DNA of 63,906 bases, the filler included, from Squatina squatina (lineage: Eukaryota): the NCBI GenBank assembly GCA_031763465.1. It is 4 parts of 4 records of this genome, joined end to end, with 100 filler letters (N's around TTAATTAATTAA, not from the genome) between each part and the next. Parts side by side here need not be neighbours in the genome. Positions count along the whole stretch, not along the records: positions 1 to 20,309 come from JARFOE010000001.1; positions 20,410 to 34,857 come from JARFOE010000080.1; 2 more parts are not named here. The stretch is one strand, 5' to 3'. Within the stretch, counting starts at the first letter, position 1. Each line of letters starts with the position of its first letter. Positions 10,978-24,243 of the stretch are shown here, piece by piece. The position numbers and the translations under genes are program-made. The notes below the pieces were generated by a model. The model was not told the origin of the DNA and did no database searches. It saw nothing but the letters and a program-made list of their open reading frames with translations.

Positions 10978-13900
10978 NNNNNNNNNNNNNNNNNNNNNNN
11001 NNNNNNNNNNNNNNNNNNNNNNNNNNNNNNNNNNNNNNNNNNNNNNNNNNNNNNNNNNNNNNNNNNNNNNNNNNNNNGGGGTGGTGGTGGGTGTGCGGTA
11101 CATCAAAAAGAAAGTAAAATGGAGTCCTTTCAGGCAATCACAGTCATTTCCAATTTCAACCTTCAAACTGGGATTGCAGTGCTGACCATAACGATTCCTA
11201 TTTAAAGAGCACCTGGAGTAAAACTTGTCGAGCAGACATGAGCAGGAGAGCAAAAATGCCTCCCAGCCAGGATCAAAATTAAGCCCCAATTTCAAAAATG
11301 GCTGCTTTATACTTAAATCATTTTCCAGTCACTGGCAAAGTGGGTGTGAAAGCCAAATAGAATACAGTAACTGGCTCCTCCTGGAAACAGGCTGGAAGCA
11401 TGAAGTCAACATCTGCACTTGTCCTGTTGTTACATATTGATGGAAATGAATGAGGGAATACCAACAAGGTCAGAGTTTTTTTTTTGCCACTGAATACAGA
11501 TCTGTCATGCCTAATAGATGAAGCCCTTTAGTTTTTGAGGTATTCCGGCTGCTTGCAGCAGCCAAGGAGAAAATAGAAATACACTCATGCATGAATGCCA
11601 ATCAGGCTGTACGGAATACAATGATGTATTTACATCTGCAAGGCTGTGCAGGAAGACAAGAGGTTTAAGCGAGCAGGTCTGGAGAAATTCCAGTCATTCC
11701 ATTGTTCCCCGCTGCTTTGTTCCAACAGAGTGGGCATTTAACATAATTGTCAATTAATAAAAAGTGGAAGAGGTCTCATCTCAGCAATGCTAAGTGCCAA
11801 TGATCCTCACATTTTCAGCTAATAGGACCACTCTGAAATGATTGATTATTTCAAATCCCACTCCACAGTTAGCTTGTGTCACAAAATGTACAAATATCAG
11901 CTGCCTTTTTTGAGTGCCGCATTGTTAAATATCTCCTTTAGGGTGCGATACTGTGCAATGGCTGGAGCTGAACGTGGCAACATGTGAGACTATGTCCCTG
12001 AGACAAGGTGCTCATTGCCCCTCTTTTTTAAAAAAAACTTAGCAACCTTAAGAACCAACAGAATGGTTGTGGAAAATAGGAAAAAAAACCACACTAGATC
12101 TACATACAACAGTCCACTGTCCAACATGAGCATTCTTGCAGATGATTTAAGTTTATCAATAACAATATTGAAATTTGCGGAGAATACAATTTCTGTACTG
12201 AACTGCAATGGACCACCCATAATGCTGGAAACATATAAATATGAAAACCGAAAGCTCCAAAAGGGACTTCTTATTTTGTTTTTATCTTGCAGTCTACGGC
12301 TAATTTGACTGTCCATGTGCCATTAATGGATGTAAAATCCAGCTGACTGATGCAACTAAATTGCCAATAAAGGCCCCCAGCAGGTTCGGAGCATAAATCC
12401 TGAAATAGGCCCTGCCATTCTTTAATTTTGAGTCCTAAAACATTCAAAAGGTTCATAGTGGTAAAAATACCTGGTGATAAATTTATAGACTTCAAAAATT
12501 CCAATTCCAAATAATTGTACTTTATGAATACTTGTAATTTCAGCCCTGTTCTACACTGAATCCTTCCCAACTATGCCATACAATTAAATGTTATATATTG
12601 TATAACCAGCAAGTCTTGTTTTAATCTAGTCAGTGAGGATCTCCGATTTACTTTATAATAGATTACACTTATTGACCTCCCAGGCTGTCCTTCAAAATAA
12701 GCAAGTAGGAAATCTTTTTATCATTTGTGAACATGCTGGCTGTTTGTAGATGAACTGGAATATTTTGTCCAGGCCAGGGTAGATCATGAAGTAATGTTGT
12801 GAAGGTTTTATTAGTAAAACAAGAAAAGAAAATAAATTCAGCTCCAAAAGTAAGTATATCTGTATCTTGGAAGGTTATCTTTTGTGTCTGTGATCAACTG
12901 ATATCACAGGATAAACATTTAGTTGCATCACCTCTCTCCTAACTGCATAACTTTTANNNNNNNNNNCACTGAAAAATATATTTTAAAAAAAAACCTAATT
13001 ATTTTCCCCATTAGAAAAAAAAATCTTCCACCAGGGCAGGTTGTACTTGAAATCTGTGTTAAATATCGGGAGAAAGTAGCATTGTTTATCACTTTTTTTT
13101 GACATTATTGCTCATAGTGCTGCATATTTCGTAGGAACAACAATGGGATTTCATACAAGTTTTGAAGAAAGAAACAATGTGATTTTCTGTTTAACTGTCT
13201 GATTTTTTTAGCTCGTGTACACTAGTTTGCTGTTAAAGCCTCATTCAGAAGAGTATCATTTGCCCAAGGCCACTTGCCGCATTCTGGGCAGTTCTTCATG
13301 GGGAGCAGGTACTGCAGTGTTTCATTGTTACCACCTGCTGCCTTGCTTCCTCCTCTAGTTAAACAGGAGGGGCACAGTCTATGTTGCAGAACTCACCACA
13401 GCCCTAATCAATTAGTTAACATAATAAGTCAGCAAGAACTGGGCATAACAGCTCTCTTTTTCTCTCTCACTGGCTCTCTAATTTTCCCCAATAACATGCC
13501 TTATCATGAGCTGGCTATCTTGGTGCTCAAAGTTGAGAACACTGGTCCTCTGTGGATACTCAGATTCAACACAACACGACTTAAATCAGAGCAGAGATCA
13601 AATCCGTCAACTTACAGGGCTGTTGGAAGAACTCAAAATTAGTGGTCATGCTGTACGAGAGCAAATCTATTTTTTGAGGCTATTTGGATTCACCCTTCCC
13701 GACATTTAAAATCGATCAGAATTTTAAAAAACTCGCTAAGAATAGGCAAGAGCAATCATATGTGGCGAAACGAAATATACATCAACAGCGTATTATATTT
13801 AAATATTCTACCCAAAATATTGTCCTGTGACAAGAGATGATCAGAGACATCTACCGAGTCAAGATCCCACTCCAGCCCACGTAATAACCAGTGGCGAGAT

Positions 13901-14130
13901 GACAGAGACAAACAATAGCCCACTGAACTTTCCTGATGACACCAAGAAATGAAAACCAGGCAAGCACAGCCCAACAGCAACAAGCAAATGAGACCGAGTG
14001 CAGTAACAACAACCCTGTTTACGATTACCANNNNNNNNNNNNNNNNNNNNNNNNNNNNNNNNNNNNNNNNNNNNNNNNNNNNNNNNNNNNNNNNNNNNNN
14101 NNNNNNNNNNNNNNNNNNNNNNNNNNNNNN

Positions 14131-14210
14131 AAATACACGGCATGTCAAACTATCTGTGAGTTGAGAAACAGTTAATATTTCAGGCTGATGACCTTCCTTC
14201 AGCATTTTCT
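14131..14210 (-). mobile_element. Penelope-type repeat end (degenerate)
   Basis: Reverse complement reads CTGAAGGAAGGTCATCAGCCTGAAATATTAACTGTTTCTC, the same family as 49515-49625. Confidence 0.55.
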
Positions 14211-15712
14211 ATTATTCAAGATGTTGAGCCCAAGTCCAGCATACTCAGAAGGAAAATTTTAATTGAATTCTTAGTCCATAATTTAAGGTTGGAGACTTTC
14301 CAAAAGACCATCTGCGGAATACACCTTTAAGAGGAGTCTACTGTTTGCTGTAAAATCAAGTTTGACATATTTGTGATATGGGAATTGTCTCGGAGGGAAA
14401 TAAAAATAAAAGATTGCTCGGCCTTAAATAAAATTCAGCTGCAGTTTTAAGTAATCACTTTAAATTATTAACAGTCCATGCCTTTGCATTTTTTTGTTCT
14501 TTTCCATCTTCAACTGATAATTAAACATCTCCAGCCTAAGATAATAAAAAGTTGACAATATTACGGTCTGTCTATATTTATTTGATTTTGTTCACTTTAA
14601 TGCACTCAGTGGGTCTCATACCAAAAACATCATAACATGCACAACAACCGTATTTTATTCTGTATTTCCACAGTAAGCATAAAAATGTATTGCAGACTGT
14701 AAATGCCAACTAGCCCAATTCCTTTTGCTGGCTATGCGGCATCCAGTTTTAGTTTACACAATTTCTTACCTCCAATAAATAAATAATAATTGTTCAAAGT
14801 GTCCCTGAGGGCAATTAAGCCTCCTGTGCTGACTTGAACAGCTTTGCCCGATATATTAAATCCCACAGATGGTTGAAGACACAAATAAAACATGGTTGAC
14901 TACCATCTGCATTAGAGGTCCATTGGGCAATGCCTAAGCATCTGTGGTAACTGTGTCCTTCTTAGCTCTCAGAACACAGCAATGAATAGAATTACAGCAA
15001 AGTCCAAGGGCTGGTGTCGTCTGCAGGGGAGATGTTTCTTTGGGTGTTGCGGGGGGAGGGTAATTCAAATCTGGGCGAGACATAGTGCTGGACAGTTGCT
15101 CTATTGGATAGTGCAGCAGGTTCACAGCTTAACCATGCCACAAACTTAATTAATGGACTTTTCATATGTTTATCTTAAGTGCTTAAGTGCCTATGGTACA
15201 ATAAATAATGCAAAACGTTACTTTCACATCTTCACATCATCAATTTGCATATCATGCCCTTTCTGTGCGTAAAAATTGTAAAACGTTTTGCGAGACACAT
15301 TACTGTGATGACACTGCCCCTTTTACATTTTAATGGCATTAAATTATAGTGTTTTTGTGGTTGGGATGCAGTATATGGAACACAGTTATTTATTCAAATT
15401 CATAAGTTCACTTATTTATAGTACAGTCCCTAGCATTTAAAGTGGGCACGTTGGTGTTAATGCGATTTGCCTGCTCCACACGGTGGATGGTAAAACCAAA
15501 AAATGAAGTAACAGACATATTTTTTAAAAAACAGGAAATCTCACTCAGCAACGGCCTCTCCCAATTGCTGGCTGTTCAATCCAGAAACTCATCACAAAGA
15601 TAATTGCACTTTAACGATGTGTGAAGAGCTGATTTAAACTGCTTGAAGACCAACTTTGCTTGGAATTCTTTAAAAGAGGAACTTTACTTGATATCAGCTC
15701 AGCCTTTTAAAT

Positions 15713-15842
15713 CGAAAGGTCACGGACCTGAAACATTAACTTTGTTTCTCTCTCAATGGATGCTGCTCGACCTGCTGAGGATTTCCAGCATTTTCTGTTT
15801 AAATTTCAGAATCCCAGCATCCGCAGTATTTTGCCTTTGTAT
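15713..15842 (+). mobile_element. Penelope-type repeat end (5' truncated)
   Basis: GAAAGGTCACGGACCTGAAACATTAACTTTGTTTCTCTCTC...GACCTGCTGAGGATTTCCAGCATTTTCTG, the reverse complement of the family at 49515-49625. Confidence 0.65.
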
Positions 15843-17896
15843 CAGCCTTTTAAATTGTTAATTATAGGGTAAGTACTGCCCAAAATACTCAGTGTGCTTA
15901 ATACATTTAAAGTGGCAACCTTGTAATTGACTCCTGTGGTAACGGCAAATGGTTAGCGTCATTTGCCTGATATAGGCAGCTGCCTGTGCCAAGCATGGAT
16001 GGTGGGGGATTGTCTTTACTTTCAGNNNNNNNNNNNNNNNNNNNNNNNNNNNNNNNNNNNNNNNNNNNNNNNNNNNNNNNNNNNNNNNNNNNNNNNNNNN
16101 NNNNNNNNNNNNNNNNNNNNNNNNNACTGCAGTTTAGTTTGATCACCCTCTGTGGGTGGATGGGGGCGGAGATGTGATGGCAATGAGATGAGATGGAAAG
16201 GCTTGGCAGATGATGGCAGGCCGCCAGTTTCAGCGTGAGCTACAGGAGAATTTCATTAAAGGATTATCTCCGTATCGCACCTCTAAATAATTAATGTTTA
16301 AATAAAGCAAATTCGATTGCAAATTTCACAAAACATATTTCCGTGGAGACAACCCATTCTATTCTGTCAAACAGCGATAAGACATTTGCATTGCGGAAGA
16401 AGTGTTCACATCTCCCCCAGAGACTACTGGATCCTCTTCTACATTTTTTTAGTTTTCTCTTGTAATATATAAAAAGGCTTTCCTCTCCAATATAAAATTC
16501 AACAATTGTTCAAAGAACTGTCAGTATTTGAGCGCACGGGTTTTGATCTTATTAGAGAATCTTGCTCGTAAATTGTCGGCATTATGGAATCAATTTAAGT
16601 GGTTATCAGTTGAAAGCTTCTTACTGCTCTTTAATATGTGAAAGAAAATTGTAGGTCTGAATGTAAGTGTTGTCAATTTTCGCCAGACAGGGAGACAAAG
16701 CTCCTTACTTTACTCTTTTAAGACAGCCCTTACTTTCAGACTATTTGATATCCCATTCATAATGCAGCTCTGACTTCAGAAGTATGATGCAATGAGGCTG
16801 AATGCATGCCTCTGGAGGGAGGGACCACCTCCTGCATTTGCTTTTGGTGCCATCACTTTATTGAGGTAGCCAATAGACTAAGCTCCTGCTCCACCTGTAC
16901 AGATTTTGGAATTGCTGGTCTGTATATAAACCTTCCGCTGACAGTGTAGAATATCCGTATCCAGAATGTTAATGTCGCAAACACAAATTTGCCACTGCTA
17001 CACATGGGTGAATCTTTGTATAAGCAGGGCAAATTCAGCATCAAGGGACCCATCACATGTACAGAACTATTTTGATTAGAATCAATTCTGTAATATGGGA
17101 CATAAAATTCCATTTTTAGGCACAAATACCTGAGAATGATTTTTTTCCCAGCGGACTGTCAGAGATGTTGAAAAGCGAATACAGCTCATAAACTTGAGGA
17201 ATAGACTTAACGCAATCCATCAATGATAGTGTGAATACAGGAATTCATTTCCCATTCCAATAAGGAATGGGTGGGATTTTTGTAGCGCACTGTTAAAACC
17301 TGGCAAAGCATGGAGGATTATTCTGATGGCAAAAGGATGTGCTTGAGCTGCAGGCAATATTAATGCTTTTCTACCTGTTGGCTGTATCATTTGGAAATGA
17401 AGAAATGTATTGCTTGAGAGCTGTGCCTGTACAACAATTTGTTTTAATCTCCTTGNNNNNNNNNNNNNNNNNNNNNNNNNNNNNNNNNNNNNNNNNNNNN
17501 NNNNNNNNNNNNNNNNNNNNNNNNNNNNNNNNNNNNNNNNNNNNNNNNNNNNNNNGCTTTTTATTTGTGTGAGGTGTAAATTACTAAGGTTGCCATAGAG
17601 AATCCCTGGCCTTAGGCAAATGGGTAGCGATAGCCTGAACAGCTGTGCAATGCGGAGTACATGCTGTGTTTAGAATGGATGGCTACCATTTATGCAAAGA
17701 GCTAAGACAGCAGGGGCCATGTTCCTCCCACCACGGTCAACAGCTTCTGCTAATACATCTTTATGGCCAACTTCACCACCATCTGTCCATGTTCTTTCAC
17801 ATAAACTGCCAGGAAGCTTGAATAGATTGAGCTTTATGTGCTTTGAAAAACTGTTTCAACAAGAAATAGTCAGGAACTTTCTTTCTTTCTCTCTTT

Positions 17897-18318
17897 CATA
17901 GAAACATAGAAACATAGAAAATAAGAGCAGGAGTAGGCCATTTGGCCCTTTAGGCCTGCTCCGACATTCAATATGATCATGGCTGATCCTCTAACTCAGT
18001 ACCCTGTTCCCGCTTTCTTCCCATATCCCTTAATACCTTTAGTGTCAAGAAATATATCTATCTCCTTCTCAAATATATTCAGTGAATTGGTCTCCACAGC
18101 CTTTTGTGGTCAAGAATTCCACAGGTTCGCCACTCTGAGTGAAGTAATTGCACCTCATCTCAGTCTTAAATGGCATACTCCGTATCCTGAGACGATGACC
18201 CCTGATTCTAGACTCCTCAGCCAGGGGAAACATCCTCCCTGCATCTATTCTTTCTACTCCTGTCAGAATTTTATAAGTTTCAATGAGGCCCCCTCTCATT
18301 ATTCTAAACTCTAGTGAA
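17897..18318 (-). mobile_element. CR1 LINE 3' end
   Basis: (CATAGAAA)3 is the reverse of the CR1 octamer tail; SLEFRIMRGGLIETYKIL RT C-terminus. Confidence 0.9.
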
Positions 18319-19031
18319 TAGTTCATCCCGCTTACTTTTAAGTTTTATCATGTGAGCCATTGATTTAAGGTGACTGGTATTTTAAATGAATTTCATCTCT
18401 AGCATCAACTACTTATGGCTTGTGGATCACAACGAGTGGTCCCACCCTATCCCACCACTATTTGGCATTTCATCTGGTTTTTGGTTTGGCAAAAAGTTAG
18501 CACCCCAATATTACTTTTGGTAGATTTTCCCTTTAAGTCACACAGTAAGCTTAAATGTTTGACTTTGGGCAGTAGGTTCAATAGAAAGTTACAAATTTCT
18601 CTGATGCTCGCCCTGTGGTGTTCAGAAGGGAAGAGAGGGCTGCCCAGAAAAAATATAGGCATTTCCCCCAACTGAGTTTATCATGTCTGAAAGCAGGTCA
18701 TTGTGGCTAATGGCAAATTTCAGATCAGATTTTGGACAAAGAAACATATTCAGTTATTTCAAGCTGTGATTGCCCAAAATAAATAGTGGACCAACCACTT
18801 GTCATAAATGCACAACTCTGAACTGGCTGGCTTAGCACATCTGCCTGATGTCTTAAGAGTTCACTAGACTTGACCTTTCATCCTCAAAATATTCAAAATA
18901 CCTAAAAGGTGACTGAGAAAAAAATTGAACCCCTTTTTCTGCAAAAGATTTACTGCATGTAGTGAGCTTTAAACAAATTATTTTGGCCAAATGCAGCTTA
19001 GAAAGGTATTCTATAATCAAATATAGTACAA

Positions 19032-19422
19032 GGGGTACGGTAGCATAGTGGCTATGTTACTGGGTCTTGTAATCCAGAGTTCGGGACTAATGATCCTTGT
19101 GTAGTTCAAATCCCACCACAGCAGCTGGGGAATTTAAATTCAGTTCACTGGATAAATCTGAAATAAAAATCTAGTGTCAGAATGGTGACCAAGAAACTAC
19201 CCCCCAAAAATTCACTAATTTCCTTTAGGGAAGGAAATCTGCCTTCTTTACCTGGTCTGGCCTTTCTGTGACTCCAGACCCACAGCAATGTGGTTGAATC
19301 TTAACTGCCCTCTACAGTTCAAGGCGGCGGCTCACCACCATCTTCTCAAGGGCAATTCGGGTTAGGCAATAAATGTCAGCCTTGCCAGCGACGCCCACAT
19401 CCCGTGAACAAATAAAATAAAA
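19032..19422 (+). mobile_element. Near full-length tRNA-derived SINE
   Basis: A-box-like TAGCATAGTGG, B-box-like GTTCAAATCC, a central domain, a LINE-like tail shared with 2607-2752, and an A-rich end. Confidence 0.8.
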
Positions 19423-20309
19423 ATTAACAGTTAAAATTGGATGACCTGCCAATTCAAATGACTAGATATTGATGTTTCAACCAGGAAGTGGCCACTCCAC
19501 TTTTAAGTCAAGGACTGTCTGCCAAGCTGGCCTTCTACTTTTGTCAGTGCTCAACAGGTTAACAAAATGGAAAGTAATACAAAAACAAGGAATTCAATCA
19601 CAGGGAAAAAGGCCAATGTGAATTGGCACATCCTGCCAGTCAAACANNNNNNNNNNNNNNNNNNNNNNNNNNNNNNNNNNNNNNNNNNNNNNNNNNNNNN
19701 NNNNNNNNNNNNNNNNNNNNNNNNNNNNNNNNNNNNNNNNNNNNNNGCATAAACTCCAGTATTGACCTGTTGGGGCAACTGGCCTGTTTCTGTGTTGTAA
19801 ACATTTTGTAATACTTTGAAATCCTCTGCGGGAGAACAATCAGGGTGCCAGATTTCCCCACCCACAAAGAAGGGAAACAAATCTGTATAATTCCTTCCTG
19901 ACCTCCAAAAGCAATCAAGAGAAAATTCCAGCACATTAATCAACCACAGTGAGAGTGTAAGATAAGATAAGATGTATAAAACATGCAAATTTGGAGTATG
20001 TTCCTCTCCCTGCACTGTCATCATTCACCTTGACAAGCACAAAATTCACTAAACAAACAAAAATAACAACTGAATGAGGGATATGCCACAGAGAACAGTG
20101 AAATACGGTTTGAGCCTCCACATAGAAAGCAGACCTGACATTTATGACCGTCTCACAAATGGGAACATAAATCCTATTTCAGTGCCCTCCACAACAAATT
20201 ATACCAAGGGTATGGGAATTAACCAGAAAAAAATAGTTTCCATACTTCATATGTATAAACATACTTTCCTATTAGCCCCGCTGTCCTACAAATCAGCAAC
20301 TGTTTCCCT

Positions 20310-20409
20310 NNNNNNNNNNNNNNNNNNNNNNNNNNNNNNNNNNNNNNNNNNNNTTAATTAATTAANNNNNNNNNNNNNNNNNNNNNNNNNNNNNNNNNNN
20401 NNNNNNNNN
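20310..20409. other. Artificial record-joining linker
   Basis: N44-TTAATTAATTAA-N44; the 12-mer gives stops in all six frames; identical at three sites. Confidence 0.95.
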
Positions 20410-20635
20410 TGTCCTCTTGAAGTCTATCACGATCCTCGTCATGGTTCTCTAATTCATCTGGAAGCTGATATCCTAACACTATACATTTTCTAATTGAACT
20501 GTAGATGGAAAGAACACAGCAGTTCAAAAACATCAGTAGACTATCAGGACAAGCATGTTGACTATGTACAGAAGCACTTATAAAACATTATTATTTGAAA
20601 ACAATTACTTAGTCTGGCCCTGCTGTATTTCCCAG

Positions 20636-20810
20636 GTACTGGGGCATGACGATGACCTGGGTTCCAACAGTAAACTGACCTACGAGATTATCCGTGGAAA
20701 TGAAGGTGGCAAGTTCTCAATCTCAGCAAATGGAGGACTCAGCCTATTGCAGAGTCTAGACAGAGAAATTCAGAGAGAATACATGCTGCTGGTGACTGCC
20801 ACAGATGCAG
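20636..20810 (+). CDS. FAT4-like protocadherin exon (cadherin repeat)
   Basis: tttcccag| acceptor, VLGHDDDLGSNSKLTYEI...LDREIQREYMLLVTATDAG, |gtaatg donor. Confidence 0.9.
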
Positions 20811-21365
20811 GTAATGCACAGATACTTAGTGAAAAAGCAGAAAGTAGAGATTTATGATCGCAACTACAGTCAAAAACTTTGAAAAAAATTGTTTTTACTC
20901 AATTCTCCCCATCCTGATCGGTTTTATCTAGCCAACTTTCTTCTCTCCCCCTCGCAGAGTGGATCAGCAGCTGACTTATGGTTCGGCCTTGTATTAATTG
21001 AAGGCAACTAAAGAGGAAATTCAGGCCCCATATTACTCTTGCTGGGGTTGATTTTCACTTCTGGCACTGTTTGGGAATCCAGTGGGCCACCTGGCAAATG
21101 GATTCAGGGAGTGGCCCAAACCATTTTGATGGTTGGGCCTCGTTTGAATCTCATTGGTGAATTGTCCACAGGTATCCAGTGCTGACAGAAAGCTCGCCGA
21201 TTAGGAAGGCAAGGCTTCTGCTGGGCTTGGTGCCTATTTAAAGTGAAATTTCTTTCTTTTATGNNNNNNNNNNNNNNNNNNNNNNNNNNNNNNNNNNNNN
21301 NNNNNNNNNNNNNNNNNNNNNNNNNNNNNNNNNNNNNNNNNNNNNNNNNNNNNNNNNNNNNNNTT

Positions 21366-23084
21366 ACAGTGCGATTTCAAAGCACCACTGACTTCCTCCA
21401 AGTATCTGTGGATAACAAAGTACATGTCTACCCAGAGGATCAATCTGTAAATACTGTGATTTCTAAGGTCAGTGCCTTAGGCAAAGAGAAAGGAGAAACC
21501 AGACCTATTTTCTTTTATCTTGCAGCAGGCAACTTTGGAGATGTGTTTCAAGTCAACCAACTAACAGGAGAATTGATTATAAAAAAACCACTGGATTTTG
21601 AGATTACAAAGCATTACCAGCTTTGGATTGAAGCCAGGGATTCCGGTTCACCACCATTTTCTTCCTATGCCAGAATAGATGTCAATGTTATAGATGTAAA
21701 TGACAATTTCCCTGCATTCGAACAGAGTGTCTACAGATGTGAAATATATGAGAATGTTCCAGCCGACAACGTCTGCAATGTGTCTGCAGTTGATTTGGAT
21801 TCTGCTCTGAATGGGTTGTTAGAATATAATATTTTTGATGGAAATGCTAATAATGCATTTAATATCAATAGTTCCACTGGAGTCATAAGAACTGCTCGGA
21901 TGTTAGACAGAGAACAGATGGCATTATATAGATTAACAGTTGAAGCAAAAGACAAAGGAAGCAACCCCAAAACGGGCACTGCAACAGTCATCATCTCTGT
22001 TCTAGACAAAAATGACAATGCTCCTCGGTTTTCCCAAATCTTTCTTGCACACGTTGTAGAAAATGCTCCAGTTGGTTTTACCATTGTACGAATTATCACC
22101 ACGGATGAAGATATTGGTGTGAATGCTATTAGTACCTACAGTATTTCAGATCAGACGGCAAGCCTGCCATTTGGTGTGAATCAAAGTACTGGGGATCTAA
22201 TTGTGACAAGACCATTGGACAGAGAGACAACAGATTGGTATATTTTAAGAGTGCATGCCAATGATTCAGCATGGGATGTAAATACAGATGTCACTATATT
22301 TGTCATTGATACAAATGACAATGCACCACAATTTACTGAGCCATTTTNNNNNNNNNNNNNNNNNNNNNNNNNNNNNNNNNNNNNNNNNNNNNNNNNNNNN
22401 NNNNNNACTGACCCTGATTTCGAATGCAATGGAAAAATTATCTACTTCCTTCAGTCTCCAAATGAATTCTTCAGAATGAATGCAACTACTGGCGAGATCT
22501 TCACTAAGCAGTTAATTTCATTTAAAAATTCAGATAACACCAGCACTGACCAGAACAAATTTAAGTTTACTGTAATTGCATCGGACCTTGGTGAGCAACC
22601 AAATCTAAGTGAGACAACTGTGGTAGTTACTGTTGTAGCTCGTAATGATTATTCACCCACATTTTTGCCACACAAACAGTTGACTCCAGTTCCTGTGAAT
22701 TTAGCTTTTGGCACCAAGGTGGCCAAAATAATTGCAGTTGATAAAGACTTGTATTCAAATGGAAAAGTAGAATATTATATCACTGGGAATAATGGTTCAT
22801 TTCTTTTTGGCATTGAGCAGGATAGTGGTTGGATTTTTGTTACTAACTCACTAGCCACAAGTCTGAATAAAGTGTTCACTGTATCAGTAACAGCAACTGA
22901 TGAAGGCACACCACCTCTTTCCTCTAATACTATAGCCAACTTTGTGATCACTGAAGAAAATAGATTTACTCCACAATTTCCAACTCTAGAAGTGAGTTTT
23001 TCTATTCCTGAAGACCAGTCTTCTGGTTCTGTTATTGGTAGTCTGACTGCTTCTGACACTGACCAAGGGATAAATGGCCATGTA
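21366..23084 (+). CDS. FAT4-like protocadherin, large exon block with about five cadherin repeats
   Basis: Repeated LDFE/LDRE, DVNDN.P.F and A.D.G motifs; frame is kept across a 59-N gap; both ends lie at gaps. Confidence 0.92.
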
Positions 23085-23184
23085 NNNNNNNNNNNNNNNN
23101 NNNNNNNNNNNNNNNNNNNNNNNNNNNNNNNNNNNNNNNNNNNNNNNNNNNNNNNNNNNNNNNNNNNNNNNNNNNNNNNNNNNN

Positions 23185-23615
23185 CACAACATTTCGCTAA
23201 AGCGGGCCGAAGAGAAAGAGTTAGACAGCTGCAGCACAGCAGTAGCAGCCAGAATTGCCGATTTAAAATGGCTGCCAGCCAGGCCCCTTTAACTACCACC
23301 ATCCTGGAAAAGATGAAGATGTTCTGCACTCAAGGAAACAGGTGCGGGCAGAGCCCACTTTCTGCAATGGTGGCGCAGTCCAATGCAACAACATTGGCCC
23401 AGAATCGGTGGCATGCAGGCTGATGATGTCATAGCCGCCTGCCACCGCCACAACCCCTGCTACCAGCGGCCAGCCTCCAACGTTGCTTTGACACTGGCGT
23501 GAGCCTCTGCCAAATTCCACGATTTATGCTCCAGCCGCCACCAGCAGACGTTAGGGCTCTAACGCCCATTTGCTGCCTGATAGGTGCCGGCTCATACCCA
23601 CCAATTTGGCCCCCA
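23185..23615. mobile_element. GC-rich non-autonomous DNA-transposon-like repeat
   Basis: CpG-rich block ending AATTTGGCCCCC; accounts for the non-cadherin tail of ORF 21243-23423. Confidence 0.4.
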
Positions 23616-24243
23616 CATGACTACATGACTAAGGCCGAAGGCTAAGCCTTTAGAAAACTTTAGCGGGTCAATCTTCTTTTCTCCCCTCCTCAGCCTGGGC
23701 ATAAGCATTGTGACCTGATGTAATTCAGCTGGTTTAGATCATTACTCTGGGCTCGATGCATACAGGGTGCAGTCCTGTCTCCCGGCATTATACCCGAGAC
23801 ATTCACAATTAATTGTGCTTAGGTTTATACATTAGAGAGACAATACCATAATTAGGATAAAATCAGTAATCTAAATCTTCTAAGTACTCCGTTACATATC
23901 CTGATGCTTCGCATTTTTACCTGATTGAATAATTATTTTTGGCTTCAATCTTTTCTAAATAAAATCTATTGGCTTGCTAATCACCTGGAATTTCTATTTG
24001 GGTTCTTCTGATTTCTGCTGTAACTTTGGCAGAAAATCGACATAAATGATGAGAGTTTGGGAGTACCCCCATGTAAATTATATCCAGTATTGTGAGTGCA
24101 ACTCATTTGTATATTTCAGTCCATCGATGATTTACTTCATACTATTTTTCTAAAGTAGAAACTTGAATATTAAAAGCTTTAAAAAGAATCAAAGATAAAG
24201 TATGCAGTATATTATATTTTTAATAAATGAATTCTGTTTACAG

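Noticed and set aside
16853-17125. Possible further minus-strand exon of the DCC/NEO1-like gene
   Set aside because: The frames I read show no Ig or FN3 signature and there is no convincing splice pair
19032-19115. tRNA gene
   Set aside because: A and B boxes are present, but there is no convincing cloverleaf and the sequence continues into a SINE body and tail
20354-20365. TTAATTAATTAA as a homeodomain or other regulatory site
   Set aside because: It is centred in exactly 44+44 N at three places, so it is a synthetic linker
23185-23423. C-terminal extension of the 726-aa cadherin ORF
   Set aside because: It is read-through across a 100-N gap into a GC-rich repeat with no cadherin motifs
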